DNA from: Terriglobia bacterium
GTDB lineage: Bacteria > Acidobacteriota > Terriglobia > 20CM-2-55-15
DNA length: 64,000 bases
Direction of reading: 5' to 3'
Assembly (NCBI GenBank): GCA_963664115.2
Contig: CAXWPJ010000012.1
Coordinates: forward strand, 352,001-416,000
Every line of letters starts with the position of its first letter. Positions within the stretch are counted from its first letter, which is position 1. The notes beneath the pieces are model-generated. The model was not told where the DNA came from. It searched no databases and was given only the letters and a program-made list of their open reading frames with translations. Shown here piece after piece: positions 27,993 through 38,325 of this stretch. A program made the translations under genes and the position numbers.

Positions 27993-29348
27993 TTAGGATA
28001 TAAACGCCGCCTCCAACTCGGAGACAACGCTTTCCAACGCAAAGAAAATGACACGGTCTCCAGCCTGAATCGAACAATCACCGCGAGGCACGACCACCGC
28101 ACCGTCCGGTCGGGCGATTGCGCCGACAATGGCGCCTCTGGGAAATCGGATGTCGCTCAGTTTTCGACCGACATAAATTGTGCCCTGGGCAGCAATCAGC
28201 TCGATCGCCTCCGCTTCTTCCGCTCCGAACGTTGTGACGCTGAGCACACGACCTTTGCGAACATATTGAAGAATGCTATCGACGGCCGCCAGACGGGGGC
28301 TGACCGTCGTGTTGATACCAAGGCGTTGAACCATCGGTAGATAACTCAAGCGATTGATCAGGGCCACGACCTTCTTGACGCCAAGACGACGGGCCAGCAG
28401 CGACGCGATGATGTTGTCCTCGTCGTGGTTCGTCAAGGTCAGAAAAGCATCCACGCCCTCGACGTTCTCTTCCATCAAAGTGGATTGGTCCGTGCCGTCA
28501 CCGTGAATTACGATCGTTTTGTCGAGTATTGTGGAAATCTTCTCACAACGATCCAGTTCGCGTTCGAACAGCTTCACATGAACGTTCGTTTCTTCCAGAA
28601 TCTCGGCGATTCCGATTCCGAGCTGCTTTCCCCCGACGATGAAGACTCGCTCCAGTGTTTTCCGGCTCTCGAGCCCCATGAAGGCGATGACGTCGTCCAA
28701 GTTGTCCCGTGTCGCCATGACATAAATGTGATCACCGGTTTTGAGTCGCTCGGCGCCATGGGGGATGATCACCTGTTGCCCGCGAAAGATCATCGCGATC
28801 AGCGAATTCTCCGGGGGGTCTGCCTGTTCCAGTTCCAGCAGCGTCTTACCGGCAACCCAACTCCCGGATTCAACGTTCATTCCGAAGAGCCGGGCACCGC
28901 CATCGGCAAAATCGATAATATCGGAGACACCGGGATAATTAAGGACGCGCATGATCCGATCAGAGACGTCGGATTCCGGGTGAATGATGAGGTCGATGTC
29001 GAGGTTGGATTCGGCGGCGATACGCCGCCAGTGTTCTACTTCGTGAGTCCGCATCCGGGCCACCTTGACCCGAACGTTGGATTCGACCTTTGCGACCAGG
29101 CACGCAAGTATGTTGGTTGCATCCGAATTCGTTGCCGCAATCAACATATCGGCCGTCTCGAGGCCGGCACGTCTCAGTGCTAAAACGCTGGCTGCATTGC
29201 CGTGAACGATCTTCGCGTCGAGCGTGTCTTCGAGTTCAGAGCAACGCTCTTCCTCTTGCTCGATGAGGATGACCTCATTGCCCTCACCTATCAGGCGGCC
29301 TGCGATCAGGGCGGCCACTTCGCCGCCGCCAGCAATCAGAATTCGCAT
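27993..29348 (-). CDS. trkA: Trk potassium uptake NAD-binding subunit TrkA
   Basis: Two RCK N/C pairs (IAGGGEV; IVGGKQLG, HGDGTD); adjacent to trkH. Confidence 0.95.
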   Translation of the reverse strand: MRILIAGGGEVAALIAGRLIGEGNEVILIEQEEERCSELEDTLDAKIVHGNAASVLALRRAGLETADMLIAATNSDATNILACLVAKVESNVRVKVARMRTHEVEHWRRIAAESNLDIDLIIHPESDVSDRIMRVLNYPGVSDIIDFADGGARLFGMNVESGSWVAGKTLLELEQADPPENSLIAMIFRGQQVIIPHGAERLKTGDHIYVMATRDNLDDVIAFMGLESRKTLERVFIVGGKQLGIGIAEILEETNVHVKLFERELDRCEKISTILDKTIVIHGDGTDQSTLMEENVEGVDAFLTLTNHDEDNIIASLLARRLGVKKVVALINRLSYLPMVQRLGINTTVSPRLAAVDSILQYVRKGRVLSVTTFGAEEAEAIELIAAQGTIYVGRKLSDIRFPRGAIVGAIARPDGAVVVPRGDCSIQAGDRVIFFALESVVSELEAAFIS

Positions 29349-29492
29349 CAGTACTCGCCAGTATTCTCTCACCGATTAGAGCCCGGCGCATCATAGGCAT
29401 CCCATTTATTTTCTTGAGGGTAGTCCCGAATCGTGCCGTGCGCCAAACGGTGCAACTTGAACGGCGCCCGACACCCCCGGCCCTCGGACAAG

Positions 29493-30323
29493 TTACCGGG
29501 CCAGCAAAACCGACTTCCGGCGTTCTACCGGAGAATCCCGTATCAGGGCAGCCATGTCGGGAGACTCAACCCCGCGCTGCGGGATCAGAAACCGGCCGTC
29601 GAAATACACCTCCAGGCCATTGCTCCGAAATGGATAAGGCGTGAGAGTATAGGTGTCTTCACTCTGGGGCCGAATCACGATGTCGCCATCATGAGTCTCG
29701 CTCAGCGGAACGTGGGTAAACGTCGCCTCGCCCCGTGCCCCCTCAGGCGTGCAATTAAAATAGAGCGCCAGCGTATCGAAGAACTGCAGCCGCTTATAGT
29801 TCGCAAACAGAGCCGCGGCCTCAACCCAGTCCGCAGTCTTCGGGTCCCCCCTCAGTGACGCTGTCAGCCGGACCTGCCGCTGTTGCTCGGAGTGCAGCAT
29901 GGCATCTGCCGCCGTCCGATGTTCCTCGGGGATCGAGTCGATCAGCACCATCGCCGACATTCCATAACGACCGTTATAGAGCCCCCAAACGTGCATGCTG
30001 GCGATCAACCCGCTATAGGGATGGTGGGCCTCGTTGTGCTCCGGTGAGCGCGCACCCGCGAGCATGATAATTGGAATCGGTGTCTCCACCAGGTTGTAGG
30101 GCAGACCCGTATCAGGGTTCAGTGGCGGATTGAGGTCGAGGTCACGCCACCCGCGATCATGCCAGCGGCAGGCATAAATAAACTCATCACGCGGTTCCGG
30201 TTTCTCGAACGTATCATTACCAAAATTTTCAGCCAGTTGACCCACCAGTTCGAGGTGCTCTTCGAGACTGATCACGAAGCGCCTGCTGTCATTCCGTCCC
30301 TCGGGTACTGACTGTATGATCAT
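29493..30323 (-). CDS. DUF3891 family protein
   Basis: H..L.GQLA..FGN, WHDRGW, GL..SMH, LQFFDTLALYF, PYPF. Confidence 0.75.
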   Translation of the reverse strand: MIIQSVPEGRNDSRRFVISLEEHLELVGQLAENFGNDTFEKPEPRDEFIYACRWHDRGWRDLDLNPPLNPDTGLPYNLVETPIPIIMLAGARSPEHNEAHHPYSGLIASMHVWGLYNGRYGMSAMVLIDSIPEEHRTAADAMLHSEQQRQVRLTASLRGDPKTADWVEAAALFANYKRLQFFDTLALYFNCTPEGARGEATFTHVPLSETHDGDIVIRPQSEDTYTLTPYPFRSNGLEVYFDGRFLIPQRGVESPDMAALIRDSPVERRKSVLLAR

Positions 30324-30365
30324 CGCGCGTCTCCCCTGCTTCCCCGTCTCGTCGAAATCCCAGGT

Positions 30366-32060
30366 TTAAAATACCTGCATCCCGACGCTGAAATGAATGC
30401 CGGAATCCTGCAGCGATCCACTCCGGGCAGAAGTCGGGTTTGCATCCACCAGACTTTTGCCCCAGTACATTTCAAATTCGGGATTCCAGCGCAGCGATTC
30501 ACCAAAGACGGCATTCCAGCGGACACCCACGCCCACGCTATAAATACTGGAGGGTGGGGCCGGCAGCAGAATGCGTCCCCGACCCGCAGCCTCTGCCCGG
30601 GTGTGCCAGCCATTCCCGAAATCAAAGAAGGGCGCCAGTTCGAGACTACGCGCCCACCTGCGGTCGGACACGATGGCGACACGTGATTCGATAGAGCTGA
30701 TCACGGCGTTGTCCCGGACGAGCTGATTTTCACGATATCCGCGGACGCTGTGGCGTCCACCGACCGGAAGCTGTTCTGTAGCCAGAAGCGGGTCGGCCGC
30801 CATTTGCACATCGCTTCTAAATATCAGTTGCCATGCCCCGACACGTCGGGCCCACTGCAGTTTTCCCAACCATGAAAAGAAGCGGCCATCCGGGGCGTCT
30901 CGGACACCAATCTGCTCATAGATCGAATCCTGTCCATGAACAGTGGCCCCGAACAGATCCACACCGAAACTGAATCTGGATTGAACGGACACGGCCTGAT
31001 TCTGAGATCTGTGAGTCCACTCCTGGACAATCCGTAAGGCCGTGACATTGGAACGCCCACTATCGGCGCCCAGAGAAAATGAAAAGGGCTCCCCCAGCAT
31101 GAAAGTTCGGTTCTGCAACCGCTCCGAAGTGAATCCCAGGAGAAATTCGGAATTCAGCGTCCGGTAAACGCGATGCCGCAGCGTAAAGCCATAACCCGAG
31201 GATTCGCTTTGCACGTTCAAGCCGTCAAATGGCATCTCGACAACGGTGAAATCATTCTTGCTCCATGACAACCCCACGGTCGTGGAGTTGCCGAAAAGCG
31301 GCAACTGGTAGCTGGCCGAGATCGAGGGGCTCACACCGGCAGACCTCCCGACCGTTAAACTCAGAGCATCTCCGAAACCTGTCAGGTTCTGGTGCATTGC
31401 CCCCGACATCAAGCGGGACGAACCAACGGTCGGTGACTGGTGGTTGTCGAAGGCAAGCGATACGCTGTATGGGCTTTCTTCCTGGATCGCGAGATTCAGT
31501 CGTGCTTCGCCCGGGCGAAATCCCGGGCGTAGCTCCGCAGCAAAGCGAGAGATCCGCGGGTCCTGCTCGAGTAGCTGCAAACGCTCCTGAAGGTCCTGTA
31601 TTCTCAGCGGCCCTGAGGTTTCCAGGTCCAGGCGACTCCTAAGATGGCTGGCTCGAAACCACCGCGGAGGATCTATCTCCACTGCGGTCAAACGACCTTC
31701 CACTATTTCAACGACGAGCACACCATCGCTAACGCTCTGGTCCGGTATTCGGGCTCCTGAATTGACATAACCATTCTGAACGTAAAGGTCTGTCAAATCC
31801 CGTCTGATAAATCCAAGATCTTCCGATGTCAGGGTTTGGTTTACGTAGGCCCGGGTAATGGCATCCAATTCATCATGAGTAAATACTGTGCTTCCGGAAA
31901 CCTGGATCTCGATGATTCGAACGCTGAGAGCTGTGAGGGATTCGCCGGGGCCGGAAACTTGAGGCAAGACGTCCTGCACTGGATGTGCCCCGTACACCAG
32001 CGGCGAAAACAGGAGCAGCGAGAGACAGGCGCCCTTGCAAACTCGTGACTGAGCAGTCAT
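30366..32060 (-). CDS. ShlB/FhaC/HecB (TpsB) outer-membrane transporter
   Basis: POTRA (YVQNGYVNSGA), SVRGYREN loop, FFDFG, C-terminal Phe; the ATG overlaps the TpsA stop. Confidence 0.92.
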   Translation of the reverse strand: MTAQSRVCKGACLSLLLFSPLVYGAHPVQDVLPQVSGPGESLTALSVRIIEIQVSGSTVFTHDELDAITRAYVNQTLTSEDLGFIRRDLTDLYVQNGYVNSGARIPDQSVSDGVLVVEIVEGRLTAVEIDPPRWFRASHLRSRLDLETSGPLRIQDLQERLQLLEQDPRISRFAAELRPGFRPGEARLNLAIQEESPYSVSLAFDNHQSPTVGSSRLMSGAMHQNLTGFGDALSLTVGRSAGVSPSISASYQLPLFGNSTTVGLSWSKNDFTVVEMPFDGLNVQSESSGYGFTLRHRVYRTLNSEFLLGFTSERLQNRTFMLGEPFSFSLGADSGRSNVTALRIVQEWTHRSQNQAVSVQSRFSFGVDLFGATVHGQDSIYEQIGVRDAPDGRFFSWLGKLQWARRVGAWQLIFRSDVQMAADPLLATEQLPVGGRHSVRGYRENQLVRDNAVISSIESRVAIVSDRRWARSLELAPFFDFGNGWHTRAEAAGRGRILLPAPPSSIYSVGVGVRWNAVFGESLRWNPEFEMYWGKSLVDANPTSARSGSLQDSGIHFSVGMQVF

Positions 32061-35000
32061 CCTATCCCGCCTTGCCCGGTGATTGCTTCGCCGAGCTCGG
32101 GTGGACACAGCGCGTCCAGGGCATTCCAGAAGCGCTTCGGATTTGACACCCGAAGATTCATCCCGGTATCGCCCGTCTCCGGAGTCTCCTGATGCAGCGC
32201 TTCGACTGCTGCGGTTTCGGGTTCGAGGTCAGAAACGGAACTCGAAAGCAATCCGCCCGGTTCGGGAGGCAGGACGTCACGTCCGGCCACGATGAAACTG
32301 CTGGTTTCGCCGCCACCTGCGATTTGGGCGCAACGTGCAGCGAGCAGTTCGGAGACATCCAGAAAGTTTTCCGGTAATGGTGTGATGCTCTCGGCAACTC
32401 CGGCAACGATGGCCTGAATTCCGACTTCACCGTCGATTCCAGCGGGTTGTCGTGCCCGGGCCTGAACCAGACCGGTCATCGAACCGGTAAACCCCGCGGC
32501 ATCAATGGAAATTTTACCGCCTTGATCTCCACCGTCCGCCCGAATCTCGCTGATGTCTTCTAAAACGAGAAAGCCTACTGGTTCGGCATTGGCACCGCGA
32601 ATATCGGACACGACAATCGCGACATTCCCTCCCGCTCCCTCACCACCATCGGCCGTAATCTTGCTGTCGTCGAGCCTGACGAATCGGGAGCTAAGAGTCA
32701 CGTTTCCACTGCCGGTGCCGCTTCGGACCGTCGTGGTGATGAGGCTGTCATCAGACAGCAAGATCCGATAGGAATCTATCGAGATACTCCCCCCGCCGGC
32801 CTGTTGGGATGCCGTCGTAATCCGGCCCGTCAGAGCGGTAACGGAATCTGCTGACCGACCCGCATCGACACCAGCGATATCGATCGTGCCCGCCGGACCC
32901 GATCCGCCGCTTTGTGCAGAAACGGTAGAGTCGCCGGTGAGCTCCAGCGTTCCAACGCGCAGATTGATATCGCCGGCACTTCCAGTACTGCCGTCACGCG
33001 CACTCGATCCGATCTCGGCACCGCCCTGTAGCTGAAGGCGAGGCGTTTCGAACGTAACACTCCCGCCGGCGCCATCGCCCGTGGTGCCACTGAATACAGC
33101 ACTCGGAAATCCAGCACTCGACGTCCCGCTGAGGAGGGCTGATTCTTGGGCGCGAAGACTAATCGTTCCGCCTGCTCCATCCGAAGTTACCGCCAGGACC
33201 TGTCCACCCTCATCGAGAACAAATCTTCCGACATCCAAGATGACAGAACCGGCTGCGCCGGCGTTGTCTCCTTCGGTCACGCTTCGGACGGAAATGACAC
33301 TGTCCTGAACGAAAAGCTCGTCTGTATCGATGGGAATGTCAGCGTCGCGCCCGATCCGAATGATTCCCCCATCCCCCACGCTGTCGGTCGTGGAAGTGAT
33401 CATCGAGCCTCCCGAAACAACGATGCGGCCACCCGAAATCCTCATCTCGCCCGCCGATCCCGAACCCAGTGTCGCAGTGGTCACCAAACTCCGGTTGCTG
33501 ATGGACAACAACGACTTTGCAGCGAATCGGAGCTCTCCACCCTCTCCATCCAAGGTATAGGCTGATATGAATCCATCGTCGATGACGATCCGATCCGCTT
33601 CGACGATGACGGAACCCGACCGGCCGGCATCCTCACCCAGGGCTACGCTGTCCGCGGCGATGCGGCCACCTTCGACAACAAGCTCGTGAGTGTCGATCGG
33701 GATGTCTTCCGCACGGCCAATCCGAATCGCTCCTCCGCTTCCAGAGCTGAAGGTCCTCGATCCGACTTCTCCGCCGTCCGCCACAACAATTCGGTCTGCC
33801 GAAATTCGCAGTTCACCGCCGGATCCGGAACCTCCTGTCGACGTCGTTATACTGCTCGTATATTGTCCGTCAGAGCCGCTTACCAACAACAGCTCCGTAG
33901 CACCGATCGTTATGCTACCTGCCGACCCCTGTGACTGGTCGGCGGCAAAGCTCGCAACGACTCCTCCGTTTTCGATACGCACGACGTCTGCGTCGATACG
34001 GATGTCGCCGCTTCGTGAATCACTCGACGGGGAAAAATTGTTGGACTGGATTGCCGATGGTCCATCAATCGTGACGCGACCGGTGCCGCCTGGGTTAACT
34101 ACCACGACGGCTATACGCCCTCCGTCCCCTGTGCCTCGCGTTGTACTGTTGATCTGCGTTTCCCGAAAGCAGCACGACGGATTCAACACGGACACCGATT
34201 CATTCGCACGAATGAAAATCTCACCCGCATTTCCGGTCGACAATTCCTGGGCTTCACTTTCAATCGAAGCTCCTTCATCTAGTGTCAAGCGGTCGACAAG
34301 AATGGTGATCGTACCTGCCGATGCCGAGCCATTCGATACCGCGGTGGATATCCTGGCGGCATCTGATAAACGAATGTCGGTGGCGACCAGGACAAGATTG
34401 GAGCTATTCCGGCTGCTCTCAGAAGAAATACTTTGAACACCGGTATTGAAGCCGTTCAACGAGATGACAGAATCCTGATTTGGGTCCAGCGGAGTGATCC
34501 GAATTTCCGTTTGAGCGACAAGATCCGAATTCAGAGGAAGCGTAGACTCACTGCTGTCATTCATAATCCGAGCCCCATCGTTCATTTCCAGTTGATTGGT
34601 ATAAATTCGAACATTCCCCGGAGTACCCCGAGTGACCTCCCCTTCGAATGCAAAACCGACGTCCGCTCTGATATTTCCGCCCTCCATCCGCAGTGTAGGG
34701 GTCCGGATCGTAATGTCTCCAGCTGTACCATCACCAAAGGTCACATTGCTTTGAATTCCAGTAAGAAACACGAAACCGTCAGGATCGGAGATCAATACGG
34801 ATCTGGACGCTTCGATCGTGACATCTCCCGCATCACCAGCCGCCCAGGTCTTTGCAGTAATGTTGCTTTCTTCGAGGATTTCCAGTTCCTCGGCTACGAT
34901 ACGAATCGGAACCCCATCCCCGTCCCCCTGTGTCCAGCTCACGACCCCGGCTTCATTCTTCAGCCACACCGTCCCGTCCACCACAATATCGATTGCACCT

Positions 35001-35926
35001 CCGCTGCTGTTGAGGATTGTGTTGGCATATAGGAAGGAATCGTTCACTTCCAACTGGCCGGCTCGAACAATAATCGTCCCCGCACCCTCGGCAACAATGG
35101 AGGACTCGTCTACGTTAACAATTGTTCCGTTCGTCAGACGCAATTCGCCCAAGCTTGAAAACGAATCGACGACGACACTACTATCGGTAAAGATAGCCTC
35201 GCCGGGAGAATCGACACTGACCATATCGATGCGGCCACCGGACGCAACGATAGTGCCTCCGCTTATCGTTGTATCGCCGCCAATGAGACTGATCTCGGTA
35301 CCGTCATACCCCCAAAAAAAGGCGTCATTGACAGTGATGGATGCTGGGCTATCTGAGAGAAAACCGAAGGTGTCGGGGACGTCAAACAGTACGCCGGGAT
35401 CGATGGAGAAAACACTGGGTAGTGCAGCGTTCGCATTGGATTCGCTCACATAGAACGCGCTCGCTCCTGATCGAAGATAGTCTGCTGTACTGACAAGGAA
35501 CGACCCAGCGACATCAAGATTAACGTCAGCGTTAAAAATAACTCCGTTCGGATTCAGGAAAAACAATGTCGTCGGGGCACGAAGCGTGCCGTTGATCGTA
35601 GAAGCCGTGTTGCCCGTAACCCGGGCGAGAATGCTTTGTATAGATTCGGAGGCTGTGAAATCAGCCGTTTCATCTTTCAGGAGTGAAAACTCGGAGAAAC
35701 TTTGGAACAGGTTGTTCCCGATTCTCCTCCCCATTTCTTCGGTAATGCCGTAAACAGGACCATTCCCGAGCGTGCTTCCGTTTCCGATGCTGCCGTCAAG
35801 GACGACGCTTTGGGCCTGGGCTGTAGCCGGGCCGAAAACGGCGGTCAGCGCATACAACATGCAGAGCATGAAAGAGGCGACAGGCACCGTAAAGACTCGA
35901 CCCTTGCCTTGTGACTTCGAAATCAC
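32057..35926 (-). CDS. TpsA filamentous-haemagglutinin-N-terminal-domain beta-helix protein
   Basis: NLFQSFSEFS, ILARVTG, NPNGV, many GxAGxIxI repeats, C-terminal C..SSFIVAGRDVLPPEP. The start is uncertain (GTG 35926 chosen). Confidence 0.9.
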   Translation of the reverse strand: MISKSQGKGRVFTVPVASFMLCMLYALTAVFGPATAQAQSVVLDGSIGNGSTLGNGPVYGITEEMGRRIGNNLFQSFSEFSLLKDETADFTASESIQSILARVTGNTASTINGTLRAPTTLFFLNPNGVIFNADVNLDVAGSFLVSTADYLRSGASAFYVSESNANAALPSVFSIDPGVLFDVPDTFGFLSDSPASITVNDAFFWGYDGTEISLIGGDTTISGGTIVASGGRIDMVSVDSPGEAIFTDSSVVVDSFSSLGELRLTNGTIVNVDESSIVAEGAGTIIVRAGQLEVNDSFLYANTILNSSGGAIDIVVDGTVWLKNEAGVVSWTQGDGDGVPIRIVAEELEILEESNITAKTWAAGDAGDVTIEASRSVLISDPDGFVFLTGIQSNVTFGDGTAGDITIRTPTLRMEGGNIRADVGFAFEGEVTRGTPGNVRIYTNQLEMNDGARIMNDSSESTLPLNSDLVAQTEIRITPLDPNQDSVISLNGFNTGVQSISSESSRNSSNLVLVATDIRLSDAARISTAVSNGSASAGTITILVDRLTLDEGASIESEAQELSTGNAGEIFIRANESVSVLNPSCCFRETQINSTTRGTGDGGRIAVVVVNPGGTGRVTIDGPSAIQSNNFSPSSDSRSGDIRIDADVVRIENGGVVASFAADQSQGSAGSITIGATELLLVSGSDGQYTSSITTSTGGSGSGGELRISADRIVVADGGEVGSRTFSSGSGGAIRIGRAEDIPIDTHELVVEGGRIAADSVALGEDAGRSGSVIVEADRIVIDDGFISAYTLDGEGGELRFAAKSLLSISNRSLVTTATLGSGSAGEMRISGGRIVVSGGSMITSTTDSVGDGGIIRIGRDADIPIDTDELFVQDSVISVRSVTEGDNAGAAGSVILDVGRFVLDEGGQVLAVTSDGAGGTISLRAQESALLSGTSSAGFPSAVFSGTTGDGAGGSVTFETPRLQLQGGAEIGSSARDGSTGSAGDINLRVGTLELTGDSTVSAQSGGSGPAGTIDIAGVDAGRSADSVTALTGRITTASQQAGGGSISIDSYRILLSDDSLITTTVRSGTGSGNVTLSSRFVRLDDSKITADGGEGAGGNVAIVVSDIRGANAEPVGFLVLEDISEIRADGGDQGGKISIDAAGFTGSMTGLVQARARQPAGIDGEVGIQAIVAGVAESITPLPENFLDVSELLAARCAQIAGGGETSSFIVAGRDVLPPEPGGLLSSSVSDLEPETAAVEALHQETPETGDTGMNLRVSNPKRFWNALDALCPPELGEAITGQGGIG

Positions 35927-35936
35927 GAATCCAGGC

Positions 35937-38234
35937 TCACAGCCAGTTATTGATGAGGATGAATGGAGACCAGAAGAACGGATGTGCGTATTGCTCCTGG
36001 ACCAGCAATTGAAGTTGGGCTTGTCGGAGGGCCTTGGCTTTCGAGAGAGTACTGTTCCGAAGTTCTTCATAGAAGCTCGTAATCAGTTCGGACGACGCCG
36101 CGTCGCTGATCTGCCACAGCGTGGCCAGCGCGCTCTTGGCTCCGGCCTTTACCGCGACTCCGGCCAGGCCCAGTGCGGCCCGGTCGTCGCCGGCGGCTGA
36201 TTCGCAGGCGCTCAGCGTCAGAAGCTCGATCGGGTTTTCCCGAAGGCGAAACCGGCCGATGAGGTCGCCCAGATCATCGAGCGTGAACCTGTCGTCGTAA
36301 GTCAGAAGAAAGGAATCCTCGGGGTTGGCCGCAAATGCGGCGTGGGATGCAATGTGCACAATACTGAACTCGCGGTCTGCCAGGGCGCGCTCGACGTTCG
36401 CCACAACAAAGTCTTCATCGATCAGCGCGGTTCCGGGAAAGAGTTCCCGGATCGCGTCAGTTTCCTCACCCGCCCCGGGCAAGGCCGCGAAATTCTGAAC
36501 AGCTTCCGTCAGCCCCAGCGTCAGGACTGAAATGTTGTCCCGTGCCAGCGGGCGTGGATCGGACAGCCTCAGACTCGGCGTTACCGCAACGGCGTAGCTT
36601 TCGATCAGAAAGGCTTCTCCATCATAAAGTGCGGCCATCGGTATGGTTCTCAATGCGCCGTCAGGCACAAAGACGATCGTGTCCACACCGGACGCGGTTA
36701 GAAGTGGCTCCAATGGTCGCATCACCCACTCATACAGCTGGGCCGCCGGAGCCAGGTAGGCATTTCCGGCCTGCCCTTCCAGAAGAAGCCGAAATATGCG
36801 CACGAGATTCATCAGTGCGTCTTCCCTTACGGGAACAGTCGTTCGGCTTAACCTGCCACGAATCCCTACCAACAATTCCAACCTGTCTGGAAGGATGATC
36901 GGGTAGATGATGGCGGCCTCGGCGGACAGCGCATCCAGGCTCGTTTCCCGTGCCAGGTAGGTGTCGACACAGTCGTCACGAAAGTAATCTCTGAGCTCGG
37001 CCAGCTTGAAAAGCTCGACGGTATCGCGGGCTTCGTTCAAATAAAGTGAGGTCGTCTCGATGTCGGACACCGTTGAAGCCCGTTCCAGGAGCAGATCGAT
37101 CATTTCGAAATAGGCCCGGCCGGCGGATTCTCTAAACGAGGTTGCCGTTGCGGTGTAGGCCTGTGGCGCCTCCTGGCGGATCGTTTGCAGGGTCTGAATG
37201 GAAGCACGATAGGACTCGATCGCGTCGTCGCTGATTTCAAGCGCACGTAGCAAGCGTCCCGACTGCCACTGCCAGCGATAGAGTGATTCCGGAGAGTGAA
37301 TCCCCCCTACAGCGGCCAGGGCACGTCGCGTCCATACCAGGGCCTCCTCAAAGCGCCCTTCATCTTCGTATAGACTGCCGATACCCCCGTAGGCATAGGA
37401 CCGAGTCCTGAGATCCCCTATCGTTTCAGCGACCTCAGCCCCCTGGCTGAGCGCTTCGTAAGCCGCAAGCCGCAGCGGTCCGTGACGATCGGGAAGCGCC
37501 CGTGCGAGGATGGCGTAGTTTTCCCCGAAGTTGACCGACAGCTGCGCCTTGTCGTATGAAAGGCCCAATGCGCGGACCACGGCCATGCCTTCATTTCCGA
37601 GCCGAAGGCAGGTCTCATAATCTTCTGTCTTACAGGACAATGTGGCCGCATTGCTGAGGGCCCGCCCGTGGAGAGCTTCCAGTGATTCGTTTCGGGCAAG
37701 GCGCGCACTCCTGAGGTAGGACTGGATAGCCGCGTCATAAAAACCTTCGGCCCCCAGCAGCCCACCACGGTTATTTTCAATGAAAGCGATCAGCGGATCG
37801 TCGTCGAGTTCTGTGGCGAGATCGAGGGCGGCTGTGAGCATTTCCGAGGCAGGTGGATAGGCCCTCAAACTCAGATAGACGCTACCCAGAGTTCCCAGTA
37901 TCTCAACCTGCACCCGATTGCCTGCATCCTGATTCAGAAGTCGGGCCGTTCCCAGCGCCCTGAGAGCGTCCCCAGAGAGGCCCAGGTTCTGATACGCCCC
38001 CGCCAGACGAACCAGGGTCCGAGCCTGATCTTCCGACCGGCCGTCCAGCGCATATACCTCTGCGGCTTCAAGCCATCCGCTGATCGCCTCTTCAAACGCG
38101 CCTCGGGCGAATGCACTTTGAGCCTGCTCGTATGAGGACTGGACGGGCCGAGCTTCCGCCCTCGACACGAGAGGTTCTGCGGCCAGAACCACCGTAAAAA
38201 ACAGGAGCACACAGACTGTCCACGGGGTATGCAT
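35937..38234 (-). CDS. Secreted TPR-CHAT (clan CD caspase-like) protease
   Basis: Signal peptide, TPRs, VPDGALR..PMAAL, HIASH (His), LTLSAC (Cys), ATLWQISD, HPFFWSPF..NNWL. Confidence 0.92.
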   Translation of the reverse strand: MHTPWTVCVLLFFTVVLAAEPLVSRAEARPVQSSYEQAQSAFARGAFEEAISGWLEAAEVYALDGRSEDQARTLVRLAGAYQNLGLSGDALRALGTARLLNQDAGNRVQVEILGTLGSVYLSLRAYPPASEMLTAALDLATELDDDPLIAFIENNRGGLLGAEGFYDAAIQSYLRSARLARNESLEALHGRALSNAATLSCKTEDYETCLRLGNEGMAVVRALGLSYDKAQLSVNFGENYAILARALPDRHGPLRLAAYEALSQGAEVAETIGDLRTRSYAYGGIGSLYEDEGRFEEALVWTRRALAAVGGIHSPESLYRWQWQSGRLLRALEISDDAIESYRASIQTLQTIRQEAPQAYTATATSFRESAGRAYFEMIDLLLERASTVSDIETTSLYLNEARDTVELFKLAELRDYFRDDCVDTYLARETSLDALSAEAAIIYPIILPDRLELLVGIRGRLSRTTVPVREDALMNLVRIFRLLLEGQAGNAYLAPAAQLYEWVMRPLEPLLTASGVDTIVFVPDGALRTIPMAALYDGEAFLIESYAVAVTPSLRLSDPRPLARDNISVLTLGLTEAVQNFAALPGAGEETDAIRELFPGTALIDEDFVVANVERALADREFSIVHIASHAAFAANPEDSFLLTYDDRFTLDDLGDLIGRFRLRENPIELLTLSACESAAGDDRAALGLAGVAVKAGAKSALATLWQISDAASSELITSFYEELRNSTLSKAKALRQAQLQLLVQEQYAHPFFWSPFILINNWL

Positions 38235-38325
38235 GGTTTGGGCTGCCCAATTCTAGCAGTCATCCTAGAATCAGAAAGATCGAAAGTTACTGGACGTCTC
38301 GATGTCACACGGGGACAATGAGTCT

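Noticed and set aside
32057-35926. Contact-dependent inhibition toxin (CdiA)
   Set aside because: No VENN/pre-toxin motif, toxin tip or small immunity gene; TpsB follows directly.
35937-38234. Craspase or other anti-phage CHAT system
   Set aside because: The protein has a signal peptide, and no CRISPR, STAND NTPase or gasdermin genes are nearby.
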